DNA of 64,000 bases from an uncultured Solirubrobacterales bacterium (GCA_963724065.1 CAVRTB010000006.1:133105-197104), one strand, 5' to 3'. Positions 8,474 to 18,800 are shown, counted from the stretch's first letter. The notes: generated by a model from the letters alone, not told the origin. Program-made: numbers and translations.

Positions 8474-9649
8474 ATGGCAGTTGTCCGTTTGCTGGTCGGA
8501 TTCTCGATCGGCCTCATCACGCTGCTATCGGTCGCCGCGAGCGCGCTGGCGATCGACGAGTTCCCGGCCGCGGGCAACCCAGCCGGTATCACGGCGGGAC
8601 CGGACGGCGCGGTGTGGTTCACCGAGGAGACTGGGAACAAGATCGGTCGGATGACGACGTCTGGCGCCGTCACACATGAGTTGACAGTCCCGACCGCGGG
8701 AAGCCTGCCATCTGAGATCACCGTCGGCCCGGACGGGCTGATGTGGTTCACCGAGTTCAACGGCAACAAGGTCGGGCGGGTAAACGCCAACCTCACGATC
8801 AGCGAGTTTCCGCTCTCGGGCAACCCCGACGGCATCGTTGCCGGTCCCGATGGCGCGCTATGGGTCACGCGGTTCGGGTCCGATCAGGTCAGCCGCATCA
8901 CGGTTGCCGGCGACGTTACAAATTCCTACACCGTGGGGAACGAGCCCGGTGACATCACCGTCGGGCCGGACGGGCGACTGTGGTTCACCGAGGCGGCGGC
9001 GAACCGGATCGGAGCGCTCAGCACGGCAGGCGGCTTTATCGACTATCCGATCCCGACGCCAGGCAGCGATCCGTCGGGCATCACGGCTTCCGGCGGCGCG
9101 CTCTGGTTCACGGAGTTCGTCGGCAACAAGATCGGCCGGATCAGCACAACGGGTGCGGTCACCGAGTTCCCCGCCGGGAGCGGTGAGCCTTCCGGCATCG
9201 CGACTGGTTCCGATGGCGCCCTCTGGTACACGGAGACGACGCCCAACAAGGTCGGGCGGATCACGCCCGCGGGAGCGGTCACCAACGAGTTCGCCGTGCC
9301 CACTCCCGGGAGTCAGCCCGGTGGAATCACGAGCGGCCCGGACGGCGCGCTCTGGTTCGCCGGGTTCGCCGCCAACAAGATCGGCCGCATCGCCGTAGCG
9401 CCGCCGTTCGTCCCGCCGCCGCCTCCGCCTGCGCCGGTTGCGCCGCCCGTGACGTCCCAGAAGAAGTGCAAGGTGCCGAAGCTCAAGGGACTGACCATCA
9501 AGAAGGCCAGAAGTAGGCTCAAGAAAGCCGGTTGCAAGTACAAGGCGCGCGGCAAGGGACGGGTTCACTCCACGGTGCCGAAGGCCGGCCGGACCACGAC
9601 CAAGAGGGTGACCGTCAAGCTCAGGTCAAAGAAGCGGGCGCGCCGCTGA
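8474..9649 (+). CDS. secreted 7-bladed beta-propeller of the virginiamycin B lyase (Vgb) repeat type with Pro-rich linker and basic PASTA-like C-terminal domain
   Basis: Signal peptide. Seven repeats of the form GITxGPDGALWFTExxxNKIGRIT. PPPPPPAPVAPP linker. The tail CKVPKLKGLTIKKARSRLKKAGCKYK..VTVKL resembles a PASTA fold. Confidence 0.8.
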   Translation: MAVVRLLVGFSIGLITLLSVAASALAIDEFPAAGNPAGITAGPDGAVWFTEETGNKIGRMTTSGAVTHELTVPTAGSLPSEITVGPDGLMWFTEFNGNKVGRVNANLTISEFPLSGNPDGIVAGPDGALWVTRFGSDQVSRITVAGDVTNSYTVGNEPGDITVGPDGRLWFTEAAANRIGALSTAGGFIDYPIPTPGSDPSGITASGGALWFTEFVGNKIGRISTTGAVTEFPAGSGEPSGIATGSDGALWYTETTPNKVGRITPAGAVTNEFAVPTPGSQPGGITSGPDGALWFAGFAANKIGRIAVAPPFVPPPPPPAPVAPPVTSQKKCKVPKLKGLTIKKARSRLKKAGCKYKARGKGRVHSTVPKAGRTTTKRVTVKLRSKKRARR

Positions 9650-9722
9650 GGTAGCGCTCGCGGGACGGCCCCGCGACGCATCGGATCGACCGCGGCGGCT
9701 ACTGACGCCGGCTGGAGCTTCC

Positions 9723-9755
9723 GTCGATTGTGTACCTCCTGGGTACTCAAACGAC
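9723..9755. repeat. REP-like palindromic element, copy A
   Basis: GTCGATTGTGTACC-TCCTG-GGTACTCAAACGAC: 14-bp arms with 2 mismatches. Lies between convergent genes. 28 of 34 positions match the copy at 36623. Confidence 0.6.
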
Positions 9756-9773
9756 CGCGGCGGCCGGAGCTTT

Positions 9774-9808
9774 GGTCGATTGACCCCCTCTATGGGGGTG
9801 AATCGACC
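9774..9808. repeat. REP-like palindromic element, copy B (variant core)
   Basis: GGTCGATTGACCCCC-TCTAT-GGGGGTGAATCGACC: 15-bp arms with 1 mismatch. It has the same outer GTCGATT/AATCGAC arms and the same CGACCGCGG flank as copy A, and is arranged in tandem with it. Confidence 0.55.
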
Positions 9809-9847
9809 GCGGTGGGGGCGCGCATCGGCGCCGGGCGCGCCGAAAGC

Positions 9848-11228
9848 CTATTCGCGCCGAGTCGGGAGCGCCAGTGAGAAGGCGCTGCCCTTGCCTTCCT
9901 CGCTGTCGACCCAGACACGCCCGCCGTGGGCGTCCGCCACCTCGCGGCAGATCGAGAGACCCAGTCCGCTTCCGCTGCCCTCGCGTCCCCGCGCCGGATC
10001 GGCTCGGTAGAAGCGGTCGAAGACGTGGGCACGCGCCTCGTCCGGGATGCCGGGACCGGCGTCGCTGACCGTCACTCCGGCCTCGCCGTTGCGCCGCCAC
10101 GCGGTGACTGTCACCTCGCCGCCCGGCTCTGAGAACTTGATCGCATTGTCAATGAAGTTCGTGAGCGCCTGATGGAGGCGATGCGGGTCGGCAAGCACCT
10201 CGCAATGCTGTCCGTTGACCTCGAGCCTCAGCTTCTTCGCCTCCGCAAGTGCACGCAACGGCCCGGCTGCCGACACGATCGCCTCGCCCAGGTCCACCTC
10301 GGTCCTCAACAGCTCGAGCCGGCCCTCGTCGACCCGCGCGAGCGTCAGCAGGTTGTTCACGATGCGGCTCATCCGGTCGACCTCCTCGCGCGTGCTCACG
10401 AGCACCTCGCGGGAAGCGGGGGAGAGCTCCTCGTCCATCAGGCTGACGTCGAGCTCGGCCCGCATCGCCGCGAGCGGCGTGCGCAGCTCGTGCGAGGCGT
10501 CGGCGATCAGCCGGTGCTTCTCCTCGACCCCGCGCTCGAGGCGGTCGAGCATCGCGTTCAACGTGAGGGCGAGGTTCCCGATCTCGTCCCGGGCACGTGG
10601 GGGGCGCGATGCGCTCGTTCAGCCGGTCGATTCCGATCTCCTCGGCCTTCGAGGTCATCCGCTCCACGGGTCGCAACGCCTTGCGCGCAAGCCACCAGCC
10701 GCCGAGCGCCGTGGCGGCGAGCGCCGCCGGCAGCGCGAGCAGCAGGAGCACGAGCACCTTGTCGACCGACTCGTCGACGTGCCTGAGTGACTCCGCGACG
10801 ACCAACACCCGTTTCCGGCCACGGCGCTCGACCGGAAGGACCGCGGCCCGGAAACGGCGTGCTCCGAGCTTCACTGTGAGGATCTGTCGCTCGCCCGTGA
10901 GTGCACGTCCGACAGATCCCTTCGGGACGAGGAGGCGGCGCGCCAGGGGCTCTCCGAAGGATGCGAGGACCCTTCCCCCGGGCGCGACCACCTGGGCGGC
11001 AGAGCCCCCTTGCGAAAGTACCGTGCGGCTGACGTCGCGGAAGTCCTCCACCCCCTCCTTCTCGTAGCCCTGCGCGATCTGGACGGATCCGGCGCGCACC
11101 TCGCGCTCCACGGTGTCCTCGAGGTCGGCCCGTAACTGGAGCACCAGGAATGTGCTCAGGCCAGCCAGGATGAACGCCAGCAGAACCGCGTACCAGGCCG
11201 TCAGGCGGGCCCGGATCGGAAGCTTCAT
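9848..11228 (-). pseudogene. sensor histidine kinase (2 TM, HAMP, HisKA, HATPase_c) interrupted by a 1-nt frameshift
   Basis: The N-terminal half (MKLPIRARLTAWYAVLL.. to ..EEIGIDRLNERIAPP) lies in the frame of ORF 10149..11687. The C-terminal half (LNAMLDRLE..HELRTPL..G-box) is ORF 9848..10561. The frames meet at a G6 run, 10599-10604. Deleting one G gives ..RIAPPRARDEIGNLALTLNAMLDRLE. ATGA overlap with the regulator stop. Confidence 0.8.
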
Positions 11229-11899
11229 TTCGACTCCAGAACAAATCCGACGCCGCGCACTGTGCGGATCAGGCGGCGCCTGCGAAACGGCCGCTCGAGC
11301 TTCTTGCGCAAGTAACCGACGTAGACATCGACGACATTCGTGGACGCCTCGTCGGCTTCGTCCCAGACGTGCTCGAGCAGCTCGGCGCGAGGGACCACCT
11401 CTCCGGCCCGGCGCGCGAGGAACAGCAGCAACTCGAACTCGCGCGGCGTCAGCTCGACCTCGCGGCCGGCTCTGGTCACGAAGTGCGCGGCCGGGTCGAC
11501 GCACAGGTCCCCGACCTCGATCACGGCCGGGCGCTCCGATGGCCCGCGGCGGATCAGCGCCCGAAGGCGCGCCAGCAGCTCTCCGAAGTCGAAGGGCTTG
11601 ACGAGGTAGTCGTCTGCGCCGGCGTCGAGCCCGCGGATGCGATCCTTGACGTGGTCGCGTGCAGTGAGCATCAGGACCGGCATCCACCGCTCGTTGCGCC
11701 GCAGCTCGCGGCAGACGGTGAAGCCGTCGGTGCCGGGGAGCATCACGTCGAGGACCAGCGCGTCGTAGTCGTAGGACTGCGCCTGCGCGATCGCTTCGTC
11801 TCCCGTTCCGGCCAGGTCGACCGTATAGCCCTCACGCTGAAGCCCCCGCGACAGCGCCCTCACCAGCTTCACATCGTCTTCGACAAGCAGCAGTCGCAT
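11225..11899 (-). CDS. OmpR/PhoB-family response regulator
   Basis: MRLLLVEDD.., receiver Asp (LVLDVMLPG), LTARD, and a winged-helix C-terminal domain (LTPREFELLLFLARR..RTVRGVGFVL). The track ORF starts 5 codons upstream at GTG 11914. Confidence 0.9.
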   Translation of the reverse strand: MRLLLVEDDVKLVRALSRGLQREGYTVDLAGTGDEAIAQAQSYDYDALVLDVMLPGTDGFTVCRELRRNERWMPVLMLTARDHVKDRIRGLDAGADDYLVKPFDFGELLARLRALIRRGPSERPAVIEVGDLCVDPAAHFVTRAGREVELTPREFELLLFLARRAGEVVPRAELLEHVWDEADEASTNVVDVYVGYLRKKLERPFRRRRLIRTVRGVGFVLESK

Positions 11900-11960
11900 C
11901 GTTTCGATCCCCACATTAGTTGTCCGTCACGATCGTCTCGCGCTTTCCTGCAAATTGGGG

Positions 11961-11990
11961 TTGACAAATTAAAAGCCGTCAATGTAAGGT
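11961..11990 (+). promoter_or_regulatory. candidate promoter/operator of the RND operon
   Basis: TTGACA (11961-11966), 18-nt spacer, TAAGGT (11985-11990), in the only AT-rich patch of the divergent intergenic region. The spacer contains the inverted half-sites TTGAC-N12-GTCAA, which could be the response-regulator box. Confidence 0.5.
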
Positions 11991-12097
11991 CGTCGAAGTC
12001 TGAGAAAGCTCTGAGAGAACAGTAAGAAACTCTCAGGGGGGGATTTGGGATTTCCACGCAGCGTGCCCGGGACGGGCAGCTCGGGGGGAGGGCATAA

Positions 12098-15000
12098 ATG
12101 ATTCGTTCGATCGTCCGATCGAGCCTGCGGTTCCGACTGCTCGTGCTCGGTATTGCTGCCGGCATCATGATCCTCGGCGTCACGCAGTTGCGTGATGCGC
12201 CGACTGACGTGCTGCCCGAGTTCACGCCGCCCTACGTCGAGGTGCAGACCGAGGCGCTCGGCCTTTCCGCCGAAGAGGTGGAGCAGTTGATCACGGTTCC
12301 GCTCGAGGCGGACCTGCTGAACGGCGTGGAGGGGATCGACACCCTCCGCTCGTCGTCCGTTCCGGGCCTGTCGTCGATCGTGATGGTTTTCGAGCCGGGG
12401 ACGAGCATCTACAAGGCGCGCCAGCTCGTGCAGGAGCCGCTGACACAGGCGCATGCGCTGCCGCACGTCTCGAAGGCGCCGACGATGCTGCAACCCCTGT
12501 CTTCGTCGAGTCGCGTGATGATGATCTCGCTCTCGTCCGACAAGCTGACGCCGATCGAGAAGTCCGTGATCGCGCGCTGGACCATGCGTCCGCGGCTGAT
12601 GGGCGTGCCCGGTGTGGCGAACGTCTCGGTCTTCGGACAGCGCAACCAGCAGCTGCAGGTCCAGGTCGACCCGCGCACCCTGGCTGACAAGAACGTGACC
12701 CTAAAGCAGGTGGTCTCGACCACCGGTAACGCCCAGATCGCGTCGCCCGTGAGCTACCTCGAGGCATCGACTCCTGGTACCGGCGGCTTCATCGAGACGC
12801 CGCAGCAGCGGCTCCAGGTCCAGAACGTGTTCGACAACATCTCAACTCCGTCCGAGCTCGGCAAGGTGCCGGTCGAGGGCACCGGCGGACGGCTGCGCCT
12901 GACCGACGTGGCAAACGTCGTCGAGGACCACCAGCCGCTGATCGGTGATGCGGTCGTCAACGACAAGGCCGGCCTGATGCTCGTCGTCGAGAAGTTCCCG
13001 GACGCCAACACCGTCGAGGTGACGAAGGGCGTCGAAGGCGCACTCGAGAAGCTGAAGCCGGGCCTTGCCGGGCTGCAGACCGACACGTCTGTGTTCCGGC
13101 CGGCGACCTTCATCGAGGACGCCATCGACAACCTGACGCTCGCGATCGTGATCGCGGGCATCCTGCTCGCGCTGATCATGGCGGCCCTCCTGTTCCAGTG
13201 GCGGACCGTGCTGATCGCGCTTGTGACGATCCCGGTGTCACTCGTCGCCGCGGCACTCGTGCTGGACGCGATGGGCGAGACCTTCAACGCGATCTCGTTC
13301 GCGGGTCTTGCGATCGCGCTGGCGGTGGTGATCGACGACGCTGTCGTCGGCGCCGAGAATGTCGCCAGGCGGCTGCGCCAGAATCGGGAGTCAGGGAGCA
13401 GCACGTCGATCTCGCAAGTCATCGTCGACGCGTCGCATGAGGTGCGCAGCCCGATGGGCTACGCGACCCTGATCGTGCTCCTGGCAATCGTGCCGGTCGC
13501 GGTCATGGAGGGTCGCCCGGGCGCCTTCTTTGAGCCGATGGCGCTTGCCTACGCACTTGCGGCTGTCACCGCCATGGTGGCGGCGCTCACGCTTACCCCG
13601 GCGCTCAGCCTCATGCTCTTCTCACTGGGCACGCCTGGGGGTGCGGAGTCCCCCGTCGTGCGCCGGTTGCTGCCGCGGTACGACGGTGCGCTCTCGCGCT
13701 TCGTGCGCCGGCCGCGCACCGGCTTGATCGCCGCGGGAGCATGTCTGGTGGTCGCGCTGGTCGCCATACCGCTGATGGACACATCGGTGATCCCGTCGTT
13801 CAAGGACCGTGACGTGCTGGTTCGCCTCGACAGCGAGCCGGGCACATCGAATCCGCGCATGACGAAGCTCACCACGCAGCTCAGCAGTGAGCTGCGGAGC
13901 ATCCCCGGTGTCGACAACGTCGGTGCCCACGTCGGGCGCGCGATCGCCTCCGATCAGGTCGGGGATGTCAACTCGAGCGAGGTCTGGGTCAGCATCGACT
14001 CCGGCGCTGACTACGACGCGACGGTCGCCTCCATCGAGGACACCGTGAACCGCGTCCGCAGCGCCCGCCACGGCGTCGTCACCTACACGACACAGAAGAT
14101 CAAGGACGTCGGGGCGGTGCAGGACGGCGAGAACCCGGTCACGGGCGACGGCCTCGACGTGCTGACCGGCTCCGACAAGCCGATCGCCGTCCGCCTGTTC
14201 GGCCAGGACCAGGCTGTCCTCCGCCGTCAGGCGGCCAAGGTCGAGCAGCTGGTGTCCGGAGTTGACGGCGTCGAGAACTCGCGTGTCGAGCTGCCGGCCA
14301 CTCAGTCCAACCTGGAGATCGAGGTGGACCTGGCGAAGGCCCGTGCAGAGGGGATCAAGCCGGGCGACGTGCGTCGCGCGGAGGCCATCATGCTGCAGGG
14401 CATCGAGGTGGGCAGCGTGTTCGAGGACCAGAAGGTCTTCGAGGTGATCGTGAAGGGAACACCCGACACTCGCCGCAACGTCGCGAGCGTTCGCAATCTG
14501 GTGATCGACAAGCCTAGCGGCGGCCAAGTCCGCCTCGGCGACATCGCCGATGTGCGCGTCGCGCAGACGCCGGCCGTGATCAAGCGGGACGCCGTCTCGC
14601 GCTACCTCGACGTCGAAACAGACGTCAATGGTCGCAGTGTCGGCGATGTCGCGAACGACATCGAGAACCGGCTTGCGAGCCTGAGTCTGCCGCTCGAGTA
14701 CCACGCGGAGGTTCTCCAGCAGACCACGAGCAAAGAGATCAACTCCGGCCGCATGCTCGCCTTCGCGTTTGGCTGTGCGATTGCCATCTTCCTCCTGCTG
14801 CAGGCGGGCTTCGGCGGCTGGCGGCTGGCGGTGCTGGCGTTCGTCACCGTGCCGGTTGCCTTCGCGGGCGGGATGGTCGCGGCCCTGATCGCCGGCGCGG
14901 ACCTGTCGCTCGGGTCGCTGATCGGGTTCCTGGCACTGTTCGGGATCGCCACGCGCAGTGGCCTGCTGCTCATTCGCCACTTCCAGCACCTGCAGCGCGA

Positions 15001-15409
15001 GGAAGGGGAGAAGTTCGGCCCCGACCTGGTGCGGCGGGGAGCGCGCGAACGGTTTGCGCCGATCGCGACGACGGCCGCCGGTCTGGCACTGGTCGCGCTA
15101 CCGTTCGTGATCATGGGCTCTCGGCCGGGCCTCGAGGTGGTCCATCCGATGGCTGTCGTGATCCTGGGCGGACTCGTCACCACGACGTTTCTTTCCCTGT
15201 TCGTGCTGCCCGCGCTGTACCTGCGCTATGGGACGCCCGCGGAGCCCGGTCTGGCTCCCGAGGACGAGCTCATGCACAGGTGGGCCGGGGTCGAGCCCGA
15301 GGCTGCCGCCGCCCCCGCGGGTGCGGGTGCAGCGGCCAACAGCGACCCGGTGCCCGCGCAGGACGCGCAGCCGCAGGCCACCGACGTGGCGAAGGAGACG
15401 GCATTGTGA
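12098..15409 (+). CDS. RND-superfamily efflux permease (ACR_tran; CzcA/CusA-like N-terminus), paralog 1
   Basis: 1103 aa with a 12-TM RND layout. N-terminus MIRSIVRSSLRFRLLVL..DVLPEF. TM4 motif VVIDDAVVGAENV. GGGGGAGGG RBS. Confidence 0.9.
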   Translation: MIRSIVRSSLRFRLLVLGIAAGIMILGVTQLRDAPTDVLPEFTPPYVEVQTEALGLSAEEVEQLITVPLEADLLNGVEGIDTLRSSSVPGLSSIVMVFEPGTSIYKARQLVQEPLTQAHALPHVSKAPTMLQPLSSSSRVMMISLSSDKLTPIEKSVIARWTMRPRLMGVPGVANVSVFGQRNQQLQVQVDPRTLADKNVTLKQVVSTTGNAQIASPVSYLEASTPGTGGFIETPQQRLQVQNVFDNISTPSELGKVPVEGTGGRLRLTDVANVVEDHQPLIGDAVVNDKAGLMLVVEKFPDANTVEVTKGVEGALEKLKPGLAGLQTDTSVFRPATFIEDAIDNLTLAIVIAGILLALIMAALLFQWRTVLIALVTIPVSLVAAALVLDAMGETFNAISFAGLAIALAVVIDDAVVGAENVARRLRQNRESGSSTSISQVIVDASHEVRSPMGYATLIVLLAIVPVAVMEGRPGAFFEPMALAYALAAVTAMVAALTLTPALSLMLFSLGTPGGAESPVVRRLLPRYDGALSRFVRRPRTGLIAAGACLVVALVAIPLMDTSVIPSFKDRDVLVRLDSEPGTSNPRMTKLTTQLSSELRSIPGVDNVGAHVGRAIASDQVGDVNSSEVWVSIDSGADYDATVASIEDTVNRVRSARHGVVTYTTQKIKDVGAVQDGENPVTGDGLDVLTGSDKPIAVRLFGQDQAVLRRQAAKVEQLVSGVDGVENSRVELPATQSNLEIEVDLAKARAEGIKPGDVRRAEAIMLQGIEVGSVFEDQKVFEVIVKGTPDTRRNVASVRNLVIDKPSGGQVRLGDIADVRVAQTPAVIKRDAVSRYLDVETDVNGRSVGDVANDIENRLASLSLPLEYHAEVLQQTTSKEINSGRMLAFAFGCAIAIFLLLQAGFGGWRLAVLAFVTVPVAFAGGMVAALIAGADLSLGSLIGFLALFGIATRSGLLLIRHFQHLQREEGEKFGPDLVRRGARERFAPIATTAAGLALVALPFVIMGSRPGLEVVHPMAVVILGGLVTTTFLSLFVLPALYLRYGTPAEPGLAPEDELMHRWAGVEPEAAAAPAGAGAAANSDPVPAQDAQPQATDVAKETAL

Positions 15410-15864
15410 GAACGCTGCAAGGGAAGCGGCTGCGGGCCCTGGCGGCCGGCCTGATCGTGATCGGGGCCATGTCGCTGTCCGCCTGCAAGGAGGTCGAGGA
15501 AGAGGGCGCGGCCGGCTACGAGCCGACCAAGCTCGAGCCGATCAAGGGCAAGAGCGAGGACTTCCAGCGCGTGACGTTCACCAAGGAGGGTGCCGCACGC
15601 GTGGACCTCAAGACCGAGGCGGTCAGCCGTGGCGGGGGGCACAAGGTCGTTCCCTACGAGGCGCTGATCTACAACGATGAGGCCAAGACCTTCGTCTACA
15701 CGAGCTCGAAGCCGCTCTCGTACGAGCGGGTACCGATCACGGTGGACCGGATCGAGGACGATCGTGTGTTGCTGTCAAAGGGGCCGGCCGTCGGCACCAA
15801 GGTCGTGACTGTTGGTGCGACTGAGGTCTACGGCGCCGAGCTCGACATCGCAGGAAGCCACTGA
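15406..15864 (+). CDS. small lipoprotein resembling only the C-terminal beta-barrel of a membrane-fusion (adaptor) protein
   Basis: GTG 15406 overlaps the RND1 stop (GTGA). VRTLQGKRLRALAAGLIVIGAMSLSAC provides a lipobox. The segment VVPYEALIYNDEAKTFVYT..YERVPITVDRIEDDRVLLSKGPAVGTKVVTVGATEVYG matches the adaptor beta-barrel pattern seen in gene 6150..8192. Confidence 0.7.
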   Translation: MRTLQGKRLRALAAGLIVIGAMSLSACKEVEEEGAAGYEPTKLEPIKGKSEDFQRVTFTKEGAARVDLKTEAVSRGGGHKVVPYEALIYNDEAKTFVYTSSKPLSYERVPITVDRIEDDRVLLSKGPAVGTKVVTVGATEVYGAELDIAGSH

Positions 15865-15882
15865 GGGCTAGGGGGTAGCAGG

Positions 15883-18800
15883 ATGCGTTGGATCGTTTCG
15901 AGAAGCCTCCGGTTCAGGTGGCTCGTGCTGTTCGCCGCTACGGCGATAATGGTGTTGGGCGTCTCTCAGATCCCGAACGCGAAGGTCGACGTGTTCCCGG
16001 AGTTCGCTCCGCCGCAGGTCGAGATCCAGACCATCGCGCTCGGTAACTCCTCGACCGAGGTAGAGGAGCTGATCACCGTCCCGATCGAGGAGCAGCTCCA
16101 GGGGATCGAAGGCGTCGACGAACTGCGCTCGAAGTCGGTCTCGCAGCTCTCGGCGATCCGGATCATCTTCAAGCGCGGCACCGACGAGTTGCGCGCACGT
16201 CAGCTGGTGACCGAGCGCGTCGCGCAGGTCACCCCGACGCTGCCGACCTGGGCGGCCCCACCGTGGATCATGCCGCCGCTCTCGGCGACCAGCCGGATCA
16301 TGAAGATCGGCCTGACGTCGAACGACCTAAACCTGATCGAGATGTCGACGCTCGCCTACTGGAAGGTGCGGCAGCGGATCCTGCGGGTGCCGGGCGTCGC
16401 GCAGGTCAACATCTTCGGCGAGCGTCTCAACCAGCGCCACGTGCAGGTCGACCCGGCGAAGCTGGCCAAGAACGGCGTTTCGCTCGACAACGTGATGAAG
16501 ACGACCTCCGAGGCGCTCGACGCCGGCGTGCTCCAGTACGCGGACAGCTTCGTGGTGGGCACCGGCGGCTTCGTGGAGGAGAACGGACAGCGCCTCAGCA
16601 TCCGAAACGTGCAGCCGATCCGGAGCGCGCAGGACCTGGGCAAGGTGCCCGTGGTGCGCAGGGACGGCAAGGTGGTGCGCCTGTCCGATCTGGGCACGGT
16701 CAAGACAGACCACCAGCCGATCTGGGGCGAGGGCGTCATCAATGACGAGCCTGGCCTGATGCTGATCGTCCAGAAGTTCCGCGGCGCCAACACGATGGAG
16801 GTCACGGAGGGCATCGAGGACGCCATGAAGGAGATGCAGCCCGGTCTCCCGAGCGTCGAGGTCGACACGACGATCTTCCGGCCGGCGACCTTCATCGAGC
16901 AGTCGATCGACAACCTCACGCGGGCACTGCTGATCGGGATCCTGCTCGTGATCCTGATCATCATCGCCTTCCTGTTCGAGTGGCGCACGGCCTTCATCAG
17001 CCTGATCGCGATTCCGCTGTCGCTGCTCGCAGCGATCCTCGTGCTCGACCTGCGCGACGCGACCATCAACGTGATGGTCCTCGCGGGACTGGTCGTCGCG
17101 ATCGGGGTGGTGGTCGACGATGCGATCATCGATGTGGAAAACGTGGTCAGACGCCTGCGCCAGGCGCGGGCCGAGGGGACGGACATATCGACCTTTCGCA
17201 TCGTGCTCGACGCCTCGGTGGAGGTGCGAACGGCGATCACGTACGCGACCGTCATCAACATCGTCGCGATCGTGCCGGTGTTCTTCCTCGAGAACCTGTC
17301 GGGTGCTTTCTTCAAGCCGCTGGTGGTGTCATACGGCCTGGCGGTGCTGGTCTCGATGCTGGTCGCCCTGACCGTCACGCCCGCGCTGTGCCTGCTGATG
17401 CTGTCGAGGGGCAAGCTGCGGACGACGGATTCCCCGCTGCTGCGGGTGCTGAAGCGCGGCTACGGAGCGATCCTGACACGGGTCATCCGCCGGCCGAGCC
17501 CGGCGATTCTGACGGCCGCCGTGTGCCTGCTTGCGGGCTTGCTGATCTACCCCACCCTCGGGAATCAGCTGTTGCCGAACTTCAAGGAGCGCGACTTCCT
17601 GATGCACTGGCTGACAGAACCCGGGACGTCCGCGCCCGAGGAGACGCGCATCTCGGTGCGGGCATGCAAGGACCTGCGCGAGATCCCCGGTGTCCGCAAC
17701 TGTGGCTCGCACATCGGTCAGGCGATGATGGGCGACGAGGTGTACGGCGTCGACTTCGGCGAGAACTGGATCAGCGTCGACAAGGACGTGGACTACGACG
17801 ACACGCTGGCGTCGGTTCATAGGACCGTGGAGGGGTATCCGGGCCTTTACCGCGACGTGCAGACCTATCTGCGTGAGCGGATCAAGGAGGTTCTCACGGG
17901 GACGAGCGAGTCGATCGTCGTGCGCGTCTTCGGGCCGGATCTCGAGGTGCTGCGCGACACGTCCGAGGAGATCGCTGAGAAGATCGGCAAGGTCGACGGC
18001 GTGATCGACGCGCATCCCAGCTTCTCGGAGGACCTGCCCAGCGTCGAGGTCGAGCTGGACCTGGCGGCCGCTCGGCGGTACGGCCTGAAGCCGGGTGACG
18101 TCCGCCGACAGTCCTCGGCCTTGCTCGCGAGCGAGGAGGTCAGCGACATCTTCTACGGCGGCAAGGCCTACGACGTGCACGTCTGGAGCATCCCGTCGGC
18201 GCGCAACAGCGTGACCGATGTGGAAGAGCTTCCCATCGACACGCCGACCGGCGATCGGGTCACGCTCGAGCAGGTGGCCGACGTTCGTCTCGCGCCGACC
18301 CCGAACAAGATCGAGCGGACCCAGCAGTCGCGACGGATCGACGTGGGCGCGAACGTCGAAGGTCGTGACCTCGAGTCCGTCGTCGACGATGTCGAGAAGC
18401 TGCTGGAGGGCGTAAAGCTCCCTGCCGGTGTCCACACTGAGGCATTGGGCGAGTCCACGGAGCTGAACGCTGCCCAGGACCGGCTGAACATGTTCGGCCT
18501 GGCCGCCGCGGTCGTCATCTTCCTCTTGCTCCAGGCCGCCTTCGGCAGCCTGCGGCTCGCGGCGCTGACGTTCCTGCTGCTGCCCATGGCCCTGGTGGGT
18601 GGCGTGCTCGCCGTGAAGTTGGGCGACGGAGTGCTCTCACTCGGCTCGCTGGTCGGTTTCCTGACCGTGTTCGGGATCGCAGCGCGCAACGGGATCCTGA
18701 TGGTCAGCCACTTCCAGCATCTCGAGCAGAAGGAGGGCGTGCCCTTCGGGCCGGCCCTGGTGCTGCGGGGGGCCAAGGAGCGGCTCGCGCCGATCCTGAT

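Noticed and set aside
10149-11687. 512-aa ORF
   Set aside because: The first 153 codons are antisense or overlap read-through of the response-regulator gene. The last ~150 codons are out-of-frame kinase sequence. Only the middle (MKLPIRARL.. to ..RIAPP) is real.
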